DNA of 64,000 nt, from NCBI GenBank assembly GCA_013239625.1, contig MU053561.1, forward strand, positions 4,571,214 to 4,635,213, in the 5' to 3' direction. Below the pieces are notes generated by a model. It searched no databases, was not told the DNA's origin, and saw only the letters and a list, made by a program, of their open reading frames with translations. The translations under genes and the position numbers were made by a program. The stretch is from Lama guanicoe (lineage: Eukaryota). The stretch's first letter is position 1. Each line of letters starts with the position of its first letter. Shown here one piece after another: positions 11,201 through 24,231 of the stretch.

Positions 11201-14200
11201 GATTCATAAGTGAGAAATAACAACCAAATCACACCAGAGAAGAATGTTTCATATTTTTGCAGACTTCCAAAGACAGGAATTTCTTAATTTCCAAATTGAA
11301 AATCAGCTCTACATTCTAACAATTACTATGTGAAAATAAACTCCTCCATGCAATAATTCAAGACCCTTTCTTCTCACTATGTGATGATTAAAATCAACTT
11401 GTCACCATTTTAAATGTGAGGTTTCATAAATTTAAAATTATTACAACGTTTCAGTCTTCTCTCCCAGAAGAAATATTTCTGGTTATTGTTAATAACAGTA
11501 ATTACCATTTATTGAATGAAGTAATAGTTTCTTTCTGTACTTTATCTGGTGTATGGCATATGACCACCCTGGGAGGTAGGGACTAATTTTTCAGAGGAAG
11601 AAGCTGAGCCAGAGGAGGAAGCATAGATTTGAATCAAGGAGCAATGACAGAATCACAACAGTTACTCTCAGTTTTTCTTTTAAATCTTGACTTTTAGCAG
11701 TTTAACTATCTCCTCTCTATGTGTTTTCATATATTCAATAAAAATGTAGTCAAATGCTTTTTATTTGTGTAATTCAGAATGAAAACGGATTCCAGATATT
11801 ATCCTGAATCCTTTCAGATACGTTGTGATTAATTTTCTAAATAACCCTATTAGCAGATATTATTATTTTATACATAAGGATATAAATTACAAATTGCAAA
11901 ATACATAAAATATCAAGACACTGGAGCCAGGACAAATTCTTAGAAAACATCATTTTCCCAGATTAACAGCTGTCTATTGATAACTGTCTTCTCCAGATAT
12001 TGTATTCTAGATAGGCTATTACCAATCTCTTATTTTATTTGCATGCTTTATGCTTTATGGATTAGGAACGTTTTAGTAAATTTGGCTCTAAGAAAAGTTA
12101 TTGAAGAGCCAAATCCCTTTTTTCACTGTATCAATATTGGAAAGAAAAATATTCAACAGTGTAATTGCCAGCTTCTAACACACACACACAAAAAGCAGTT
12201 CCTAAATTGTAACCCTTCCCTACAAGTTTGTTTTCTTTTGCTTGGTTCAAAGAAAATATGCATTTACCCAGTCTCTGACCAGCTCTTGCAGTGGACCAGA
12301 GGAATTTCTCTCATGCCTGAGGATCTCTTGGCTCTAATAGTCACAGTTCTCAGATTTTTTGTTTTCTCCTTAAGCTTTTGTCTGTATATCAGCAGTGCCT
12401 TGTAGAACCAGATAATTGTATTATCCTACTCTGTCAGTATGTGCTAGGTTTTACTGAATCTATTCCAACCTAAACATCTCTTAACTTTCAGTTATCAAGT
12501 ATCACAGAATGACTTATTGCCCTTAAAACCTGTCATTATAATTTTGTGTGTTGAAGTCACATGTAAAAGAGGGACAACTTAGTACTTTTTGATTCCTACA
12601 AATTCTCGGTAGATTCTCCTATTTGGCTTATAAACTCCTTAACCATCATTCAGTGTCTTGGAATACAGATCATCAAAACCCATAGATGTGACTGGTAAAG
12701 TCATTTAAATAATCTTTTAGAAGATCTTTTCCAGTTAAATTGCCTTTCCTCCCTTCCCCTTTTCTTTCTTTCTTTCCAGACACTTCAGAGGCTCTTGAGA
12801 GGTGCCTTGCGGTAAGGCTATGAGTAGGACTTAAGAGCTCACATTGTTTGGTCTTTCATACTGAACAATATTTTATAGCCCCAGTAAAATTTTTGTCAAT
12901 GTGGTTAGTTTGAAGTTAATATAATGCACAGTAATTAAGTAGCTACTTTTTCTGTAACATCTCTTGTGTACGTTTCCCATCTATCTTATGAAGAGGCAGT
13001 ATTTTTTTAAATATTCTTTTCTTCCTTATTACACAATTAAAATGAGCACAGCAAGAAATTATAATAATGTAGAATAAGGTAAAATGGAAGCCAGAATTTC
13101 CCAAACCTCTTTCTACTACTCCCAGAAAATTTTATGCACAGGCAAATTTTTTTTTCTCCCCAAGTAGTTTTATACTATTTAGACTTTGTATGTCCTGTTT
13201 TTCGAAAGAAGTACAATTGATATATTTTGGAGCCTTTCAGTATCAACATATATTAGATCCACATAGCTATACTGTATTTCTTAGTATAGATCTAAAAGGA
13301 TGTTGTTTAGCTGGTAAACATTTTGATTGTTTCTAACATTTTATTTAACCTGTGGATATTTAAATTTAACGTATGGATAGATATAAATATAGATATGTAT
13401 ATATATGGTTTTTTGCTCTTTAAACAATGCTGTAATACACATTTTTTGGCTTATGTTATATTCTTATTGGTAAGAATACATCTGTAGAATAAGTTCCTAG
13501 CAGTGGACTTAATCAGAGAACATATACTTAAAATTTTTATAGCAGCTGCCAAATTGTCCCTCAAACAGATTGTAACAGCTTATGTTTCTGTGACCAGCAT
13601 TTGAAAATGACTTTTTCCCTCATAATCTTCATGAATACTGTGTTTTAATAAAGCTTTTTATTTTTTGCCAGTATCATGATTGAAAACTATCTTATTGTTT
13701 TAATTTATATTTCTTCAATTATGAATTTGGACAATTATCATGTTTGTCAATAGTTATAAACTTTTTTCTATAAATTGCCTATTCATACACCTTTTTTAAA
13801 AATTGTGGTCAGTTACAATGTGTGAATTCTGGTGTACCTATTCATACACTTTTATTCATTTTTTGTTATGCTGTATTTTTTCTTACTCATTTTAACAGCT
13901 ATTTGAATATTAAGAAACTTAGCCTTCTGTGTGCAATGTGCATTACAAATATTTCCCAGTTTATTGTTCACCTTTTGAATTTACTAATGGTTTTTTAATT
14001 AGACTAGACAATTTTTCTTTTTTTTCTTTTTTTCTTGAAGTATAGTTGATATACAGTGTTGTTAGTTTCTGGTGTACAGCATAGTGATTCAGTTATACAT
14101 TTTTTTATATGATTTTTCATTATAGGTTCTTACAAGCTATTGAATATAGTTCCCTATGCTCTACAGTAGGACCTTGTTTTTATTAGATTAGAAATTTTAC

Positions 14201-17200
14201 ATTTTTATGTAATCAAGCTTACTTACATTTTTCATTCATGACTTCTAGTCCTTGTTTTTCCTGATACATTTAAAATGTTTCCTTTTTTTTAACATTTTAA
14301 AATTTTGCTTTAACTTTTCAGGCTTAATCTAGAAATTTTTTGTTCGCTTGTTCACAGAGTTTTGTTTCACATATTGGTTTTGGGTGTTTTTGTAAATTGA
14401 CAGTGTGCCTACTCTTGTACAAAGCACTCCCTTGTAAAATCAAAGCCCCTTATCCTCAAGATCCTTAAAATCTGATTGTGGAAAATAAGGAAGTTCAAAG
14501 CCATCTGAGTCCTATAAGAATTTGGAGTAAAGTTCAGTTCAGTTTGGCCTTAGATGTTTTAGAGGCATCATAAAAGAGGTAGAATGTTACTTCATAAACT
14601 TATTTGGTAATCTCTCTTAGCCCCGTATTTTCCTGTTAATCTAAATTCATAGTTTGTTCCGTGTTGAGATTTTTGTTTACCCAGGTTAGTGTTCTACCTT
14701 CAGTACCTTATTTGGGAATATAAAGACAAGGATATGAATGTCGAAATAGAATCCACTCTGACCTAGACTTCTAAAAACTAATCTGAACTGCTGTTAATTT
14801 CTAGAATTAAGGATGAGAGGGGAACTGAGGAGGGAGGTGGGTGTGAGAAGAAGATGAAATGGAGTAGTTTCTTCTCTGAGCCTTTTATTCTTTTTTGTAA
14901 CTGGCCTACATGATATGACTGAGTGGTTTGGAGAAAGGCTCGCATCCTTATTATCCTTATTCCAAGTCCCCAAGTCTGTGGAGCTTTGACATTGTCCTCG
15001 TGCTCATGTGCGTCCTACTGTTGTTGGACTATATGAATGGAAACTTTTCTTTCTTTTCAGGTGAAACCAGTGGGTATGAAAGTGATGCCGAGTATCTGCC
15101 AAAGAGTGAGTGAGTCAGTGGGGCTGCTCCCTTTCTCATGATCATCCCGGTTATAGGTGGAGTGGCGCCTGCCTTTGTGATTAAGCATGTTTTTTCTACA
15201 AGAAGTTTTACTTTGTAGGTGATTTCTTCATTATAAGAACCTGTGGCGAGTTGGGAAACGAAACACTACACTGTCAGGTGTTTGACAGCATTAAAAATCT
15301 CACATGGAATGAGACAAACCTGTATGGTTCTTAGGTTGGAATGTTCTTAGGGGCGCGGCAGAGCTGCGTGTTCAGACATCTGTGCAGTAGTTTCCCAGCA
15401 GCCAACACGGGGTATGTGAATCATCCTTGGAGACAAATACTTAGCATTAAATATCTGATTTTTCATAGTCACTCAAGTGTAACTATTTAAGTAACTTAGA
15501 TATCTCTGACCTTGAGACAGGAAACACTGATCTGTTTCTTATTCATAGGCATTTATATTCTAAATTATTGTGTCATTTACCTTCTGTTAGAATATAGACT
15601 AGGCCATGCATTTCTGGCTGTATTTGTTCAAGCACTTCCTAGTGCTCTATATCCTTCATCTAATGGATTTTTACAACAAAGTGTTTAGTTTAACTAACTG
15701 ACAGTGAGGCATAGAAAAAGTAGGAGATGTGAATTACCAACACTAATGACAGGACAGTTCCAGGGCTGATAGATACTCTGATCTTATGATTAATAATCAT
15801 GCGCTCCTACCACTAGCCTGAACTGCCTCAGGTGTAATTCAGTAGCCTGACTGAAGGTGAAACTGAAGTCATCATCAGATTCAGCTTGGATTATAAAGAT
15901 GACTAATTTAGTGCTGCTGCTATTGGGAAACAGGCCCTACAATTTTCTTGACTTGAACTGAGCCCTTTGGAGTAAATAAAGCTTTGCCTGGAGCACTGAA
16001 AGTCCTGGATAATTTTGGGAAAATGCTCCAAAATTATTTTTTAAGTGTTCTTAATATTTTGATCCACATGGTAAATTCTTTGGGGGCAGAATGCATCATA
16101 TCTCAAAAGAAAAGCAAACAATTAGAGGATGAGTCTTCCATTCGTTGGCTCAGAATGGCACATAAGCAAATTTCTGGGATGTTTAGACTATTTCTTCTGC
16201 AAAGACTGCATATCCTCTAGTGGAGACTACCCCAAATTGTTCAGAATTTAGAGATAAGTGAGAATAAAGGATAAATGCCACTGCTTTTGAGTGGTATTGC
16301 TCATACTATTGAAGTATTTTGCTTCCATAATTTCTTTCTTTTGAAAGCTAGTCTGCTAATGGGTGTCTTCTTATACTTCATTTTTTTGCTCTTACATTTA
16401 GCACCATTTATTGATATAAGCATATGTCCATTATTAGTAATACATGCCAAGGAGAGAAGGGAAAAGAACAGTTTCTTTAATGTGAGGATAGTTTTTGTTT
16501 TAATTTTATCAAACGTATCCTTTTATGTACTTAACCTTTTATAGGACTCAGTCCTTTTATCAAATCTTTCCTTCCCACCTATAATTTCATGGTCCCAACA
16601 ATGACATCTGGTGTCAGGCCAGTGCTATTTCCTGACATTTTCCACGTGTCCTGGTGTCAGGCCATGAAAGATAGATATGTGTTGGGACATACACAGGTAT
16701 CAGTTAGGACACAGAGTTATCAGTCACACTACAGGACCCCCAGGTGCATGGGAGAATCTGCACTTGTCCCCCAGGTATGTCATAGCCCTAACAAGTACGT
16801 CTGCATGGCAGGTGTTTCTTTAGTCAACATTCATTAGCATCAACTGAGTGAAGATTCCTCCTGCACGGGTCATGACCTCTGGGTGCTAGAGGGAAGATAA
16901 AGCTACGGAGAAAAACAGTGTTCCATGATCTCATTGCAGATCGCCACAAGCGCATAGCACAACTGCAGCAGTCGTCCAGGAGGAATCCTCACTACCAGAC
17001 CTTGGAGCGGGATCTGATTGAATTACAGGAGCAGCAGCTGTTCGAACTTTTTGTGGTGGTGTCTCTACAGAAGAAACCATCAGAAATCAGCTACACTCCC
17101 CAGGTCATACAGCAGTTCCCTGGCAAGGTGGGTGCAAGGAGGCCATGAGGCATTCAGGAATGTTCCTATCGTCTCTGTGTATTTATTCTCTCTGTGTGTG

Positions 17201-20200
17201 TTTATTGTTAGTCAGCTTTTACTAATACTGTACTTCTTATAGGAAATGGTAAGTGACTCTGATGACATCTCATGTCAGACATGAGCTGCAGCCAACGGGG
17301 AATAAAGCTCATTATTCAGGCTGGGTTTTTCTTTTTTACTCTGGTGTTTACTGAGTGACCTTTAGCAAGTTACAAAACCTCAATTTCATCATCCTTAGTG
17401 AGAGGAATAATAAATATGGCAGAATACGGCAGCAGTTTAGAGCATGGACTCGGAGCCAACTATCTGCATTTGCCACTAATTAGCTCTGTGACTTTGAGCA
17501 GTTACTTTACTGCTCTGTGCCTCAGCTTCTTCATTGGTGAAATGGAGGTAATCGTAATAGTGTCTATCCCACTGAGTTGTAGCAAGTTATAAGCAATAAG
17601 CAAGTTACTTGGCATCATTGGTTAGGCACCCATAAGTCTGGGAGGGAAGAGCTACCTGAGCCACTCCTAATTCTGTGTGGAAAACCTTGAATGAAGATAA
17701 AGATGATTGTGAATCATTTAACAATATAAAAATAATAGAATATGGTACAACTAAAATTTTGTTAGACTGCTTTTCCATTTCTTAAGAGCTTAATATCCAA
17801 GTGACCCAGAATGGCTGCATGTTTTGTTTTAGAAATTAAAGGATAGATCATTTGTATTAGTTACATGAAGGCAATATAGTAATTAGACTTACCTGCTTGT
17901 TTTTATGCTAATTTTTAAATGTCTTTTGGTTTAACTAAATTTAGATTATCCTTTAAAGTATAATACCAGACTTGAACAAAAGGACCTTCCATGCTAAAAT
18001 TTTGTAGGAAGTTGCAAACCCATAATTAGGTAACAAAGATTGTTTGCTAAAGGAAATGATTATATATGGAGTTGATTCTAAAAATAGTATCTTTTCTAAA
18101 TAACATTCATCTGCTTTTTCAAAACATCTTTGATTATTGATCAGGAAGTGTCTTGAGCTGACTAGGTTTTTGTTTTCAGTATATTATACAATAGATTTTT
18201 ATAAGTCCCATGATTCATAGAAATATTCTTACTAGTATGTGAATCATGAATTAAGATTCCACCTCTAGATGAGAAACTATTTTCAACCATTTCTCTTACA
18301 TCAGATTATAGGATCTCTGTAAGCATCCTTTCTATGTGAAAATAGAATTCTTTATTCTTAGAAACTCTGTTCTCAGTGCATCTTCAGTGATGACCAGTCT
18401 TGGCCTTCCTGTTTTGTTAAACAGCACAAAACCACTGTGAGATGACTACTCAGAGACCTCTTTTCCTGAGAGCAAGCTGAGTTTTTTATTTCCATTCTCA
18501 ACTTAAACAGAATATTAGTCACTTATAGTGTAATTTTTTTTCAGGGTGATCATGGCTTTAAACAATCCAGAGACACTGAAGAGAGGCTCAAAGTTATTCC
18601 AAAATTTTGTTTTCCTGATTCAAAGGACTGGATGCCAACCTCAGAACTCAAGAGGTAAATAGGCTACTTTATCTGATTTCTGTTTGTTGGGACTGCAAAA
18701 GTAGAATCAGAACATTTGAGAAATGGGTAGAGCCAGCAGTGGAGCTATGTGGACTTTGTGGCAGATCAAGGATGCAGTGGGAGGGAAGGAATAAACAGAA
18801 TTAGAATATTTCCTATGTGGGGCTCAAAAAAGAAAAACACAATGTCAAAGAGAAAACAAGCCTAAGTCTCTTCAATCTGCCAATTCTGCAGAAAAACAGT
18901 TCCACTTTACATGCAATCAGAAATGCCACCAAGTGGCCAGAAAAGGAAAAAAGACTTGGCCTCAGGGACTTAGAAACCGAGATAAAACATGGCATCTTGT
19001 TTCTCCTTCGAGTTGAGAGAAGAGGCCATAACCCAGATTATATGTTCCCCTGTCAAACTTGTACAAAGTAGGGGCTCCCGTTTGAAAGGTGTGAGTATAT
19101 GGAGAAGGGTAGTATAAAGAATTTCTTCCCAGTACCTAGAGGAAACTACCATTCTTAATTAATAAATCATCATCATCTCTGAATCCTGCTTCTAAATAGA
19201 TAACTTTTGTCCAGAACTGTAATTTAGGCTGAAACGCATGATTATGTGAACCATATCACATGCCAGTGACCTTGCAGGAAGACAGACTCAGTTGTTGCCT
19301 AAGTAGCTGGGTCCTTCCACCTTTCGTTGTGTCCAGACTAAGCTGCTGTCTCTCATAACCAGTTTAGCCTGATCGCCACTCTCATCTCTGAGCCATCAAT
19401 CCTGATGTTTTTGTGCTGCCAGTTGCACTGCTAACTGCACGGGCAGCTTCTGTCATATTGGCCTGGCTGCTCCATGATTGGCTTTTCCCCCGCAAAGAGT
19501 TATGTGTGTTTATTCTAGAGTATTTGGAAAATTCAGAGGAATAAGTAAAAAGCAAAAATTAGAATTCACTGACATTCTGGTTACTCAGAGATAATCTCTG
19601 TAAATGTTTTAGCAAATTCCCTTCCAGTCTTTATTCTTGGCCATATATAGACATCTGTATTTATTGTTCGAATTTGAGTTTCTTTGATTTTTAATGAATT
19701 TATTTTTTGAGCATCTTTATGTCTTCTTTTTGTAAATTATCAGTGCATATCTTTTGCCTGTGTTTCTAATGAGGAGGTGATAATTTGCCTATTAATTTTA
19801 TGTATTAAGAATGTAATCCTTTGCCTGTCATTTCCATATGACCACTCAGAACCAGCTAGAAGAATTTGGAAGGGAAGAATAGCTGATCAGAATCCTTTAT
19901 AGCTTACCTGTACATTTGGCCAAAGTGGACATTCAACAAAAGCAAAATAGGCTTGATGAGTAGCTAAACTGGATAAATAAGACAGTGAAAGGAGGCGGTG
20001 GCATCAGCAGCTCATTCTATACCTATTCTCTCACTCCAGTGCAAAGCAAGATATTCTCAGAGCCTGGCCATTCTCCCTCAGGAGGACTGTGACTTGGAAT
20101 AAATGTCATGTTAGTGCCTCCTCTTACATCGCAGAATGACTGCTGTTGGACTCTAGTGTTTAAATTGTTTGTTGCATGAGGAATGTCAGAAGCAGTTGCT

Positions 20201-23200
20201 TGGATCTCAAACTATTGACTATTTTTTCAGTGAAACGTTCTCCTTTGTCTTAACTGGAGAAGATGGGAGCCGGTGGTTTGGTTACTGTAAGAAGCTCTTG
20301 GTAAGTCCCAGACTTGTGCTCCAGGCAGGGTTGGTCCAGGAGCAATAAAGTCAGAGTAGGAACTTCAGAAACGCGATCTCTAGATGAGTTTGGGGGCTAC
20401 TCAATGATCTGTGTATTAAAGAAGCTATGTTAGCTTTAAACAGTAAGAGCAAAGTGGGGGTTAGCCACAGAGTGTTCCAGAATAGAAAGCGTATGGATTT
20501 ATTGTTTATTTGTTTGTCTGTAATAGATGAGGAAACACTGACGTTGTGGCTGAATATCAGTCTGGGTACATCTGAGGAATGGAGCACAGTGAGCCAGTAG
20601 AGGGAGCTCTGAGTTACTCTCTTCTTGCTTAGATGCCTTCACTAAACCGGAATAAATCATGCTATCATTTTTTAGCATTTTCCCATCTTTCAGTGTTCAT
20701 TAAGGACAAGAGCCTTGGTTCCTACTCTATACTAGGGAGTATTAAGAGAGTTAATAGTCCAAATTAGGAAAGACTTGTGCTGCTTACTTTTTGATTTGTT
20801 GTTGTTTTGTCTTTTAGCCAGAAGGCAAAGGAAAGCGACTCCCTGAGGTATACTGCATGGTTAGTCGCCTAGGCTGCTTCAACCTTTTTTCAAAGGTGAG
20901 TGGAGAATGGGCCCTGTGAGAAGTGGTGTTCTCTCAGAGCCCTGAGTGAGTTCTCGTTTCCGATGACTTCACTCGGCATGTTAAGTGGCGTAGGCTTAAG
21001 TTCAGATCTCTAATCCAGCTGATGTTGCCCTGTCATCATCACTTTGGTTTGCTTAACCTCCCAGATTAAAGGAGAACATCGCCTCCTCAAGGTTCACCCT
21101 GTCTCATTTCGTGCCCAGACCCCAACTGCAGAATGTCATTGTGTCACCTTTTCTGCCCCTACCTTAATGCGATGAAACAGGGTGCCTCTTGTAAAATTAA
21201 GTTGATTTATTTTAGTAACTTTCCTTGGAGATTTAAAGATACCTCCAAGAGAAATGATGCCTTTAATGGACTTTTGTTGGTTGCAGAAGCTTATCTGTCT
21301 TAAAATCTATTTGTATTATTTTCAAGTTTGTGCACCCAGCTTGGCAGTTCCTTTAATAGGATTCTTTTATGATTTTTGAACTGAGAGCCTAATAAAATAA
21401 CGTATGTTGTAAATGTAGATTCTGGATGAAGTAGAGAAGAGAAGAGAAATGTCTCCAGCCTTGGTTTACCCGTTCATGCGAAGTGTCATGGAAGCTCCTT
21501 TTCCAGCTCCTGGACGCACCATCACAGTGAAAAGCTACCTCCCTGGGGCTGGAGATGAGGTAAGTTAGTTCATTTTCCAGAGGTTTGATAGCCGCCAAAA
21601 AACAAGCCTTAACACAAATAAGCCTTACCTGATAGAAGCCTCAGGGTATAGTTTTCGCTTTTTCATAAACTACACAGAATACGTTTTGGTTGTACAAAGC
21701 ACAGGAGAAATAACCAGTTGATCTGTGAGATACTTGATCCTAGACCAGGAACTAAAGGTTTGCTACTATGCCTAGACTGAGCCCCTTTGTAATGACAATT
21801 TCAGTATGATAAATGAAGATTATACACACTATTGTCAAGTGGGATAAAAGGCTTTACCAGAAATTTATAGCACAAAGATAAGGTATTCATGGTTTTGGAA
21901 TTAGTATAGGCAGCTTCACAAACTCTTTGTAACAGACACTGTCTCTTAAATTTAACCTTTAAAAGAATGACAGGATCCATTAGTGTTGTAATTAGGGATT
22001 GTTTTCCCATCTCAGCTCCCCTGATTGAAATTCTTGCTTTTCAGTCCATTGAACTCTGCCGACCACTGGATTCACGATTGGAACATGTTGATTTTGATTG
22101 TCTCTTTAAGTGCCTGAGCGTGTGCCATCTCATCCGGGTCTGTGCCTCTCTCCTTTTGGAGCGGAGGGTCATCTTTGTTGCCAATAGCCTAAGGTGAGAA
22201 ATAAGTAAAATAACGTCACTTCGCACTGGTATTATACTTGTTCTTACTATTTTAAAATTGGGGCATATTAAAAAACTGTAGGATCTCAATTATCTAATGC
22301 TCTAGTGACATCGATAATCCAAAAGCTATTTACAATAAGCTACAACAGTGACTTTTGGAGGTTGTTAATTTACCTTTCAAAATGCACTTTGTTAAACTGT
22401 TGCTAAAAATTTGTATTTCTTTTCTAAGTACACACTAGTTTTTAGTGATATAAATTGTGAGAAAGAGCTGGATTGAGATGAAAGATTTTCAGTACATTAA
22501 GTTAAAAATTTAAATGTTAAAAGTGAATGAGTAATCACAGAATTGTTCATCTGTGATCAGTAACTGGCATCAATCTGTAATTCTGTAACATAGTGTCTGA
22601 AATGCCCTCCACGTGTTTTCTGTATGTGACACCATTTGCTTTCTCCTCTGGCTAGCACCCTGTCAAAATGTGGCCATGCTGTGGTTGCCACACTGTATCC
22701 ATTCACCTGGCAGCATACCTACATCCCAGTCCTGCCAGCATCTATGATCGACATTGTGTGCTCACCTACTCCGTTCCTTATTGGAATCCTGTCTTGCTCC
22801 TTACCGCAGCTCTGGGACCTACCCATTGAAGAGGTGAGATAGGGGAAACCAGTACCTGTGGGAAAGATTGGAGCACTGATAAATGAAAACAAGTGATCTG
22901 TAAGAATGATGGATATGTCAGTAATTAACAATAATATTTAATTATTATTATTAATATATTATGCTATCATATTTTTGTATGAGAAAAATTCTGTACTTCA
23001 TTTGAATCCAAAGTGGTATCTCACAGTATTGAACCATGGGCTAATTCTTGTGTTATTCTAAAGGGTAGGTCTTTTTTAAAATCACACACAAAAATTACTC
23101 TGGGTTAATTTAAAATTTTTTCAAATATAACATACATATAGGTAAGTGCCAAAAACAAACTGCAGCTCAGTGAATTGTCACAAAATGCATGCTTATGTAA

Positions 23201-24132
23201 CCAACATTGGAATAGAATGGAATACAACAGTGGAAACAGAAGTCCTCTGCATGCCTTCTTCTAATCACTGTTCCCTTCCCCACCCCCTACAAAAGGAAAC
23301 CACTATCTTGACTTTTATGGTGCTCACTTTCTTATTTTTCTTTATAGTTTTACGTCCTAGGCATGTATCCCTAAATAATGTAGTTCAGTTTTGTCTGGTT
23401 TTAAGATTGATATAGACTCATACAGTACTTATATATTTTTGTCTTTTTTTTTTTTTGGCTTCTTTTGAGCAGCATTAAATCTATAAGATTCATCCATATT
23501 GATGAGTTTAACAGTAGTTTGATCATTCTAATTGTGTATAGTTTTCTTACTCATTCTACAGTTGATGGACATTTGAGTGGTTTCCAGTTTGGGGTTATTA
23601 TGAATAATGCTGCTATAAATATTGTTATACATGAGCCTTGGTACATATGTTCATGCAGTTTTATGGGTATACACTTGGAAATGGAATAGCTGGGTCATAA
23701 GCTAAATGTATCTTCAACTTTAGTAAGTAAAGTCAAGCTTTTCCAAAGTAGTGGTGCTAAGTTAAGCATATGAGAGTTCCTGTTGCTCCATATTCTCGTC
23801 AGCACTTGTCACCATCAGTTCGTGTGATTTATCCTGTCAGGTAAATGTGTATTTGCTTTCTCATTGTGGTTTAATTGGCATTCCTTGATTATGGTTGAGG
23901 GTGAGCATCTTTCTTTATGTTCACTGGCCATTTGGTTATCAAATTTTATAAAATGTATTGTCTGTCCTTCTATTGAATTGTTTACCTTTATTGATTTGTA
24001 AGAAACATTTTTATAGTCTGGATGCCAAGCCCTTTTGTGGCTTGCTTTTCCATTCTCCAAAATGTTTTTTTTTTTAATACACAAATGTTCTTAATTGTAA
24101 TGAGGGTCAGAATTATCAGTGTTTGGTTAGTA

Positions 24133-24167
<35 letters not shown>

Positions 24168-24197
24168 CTTAAATTTTTCTTTATATTAACTTTACAG

Positions 24198-24231
<34 letters not shown>

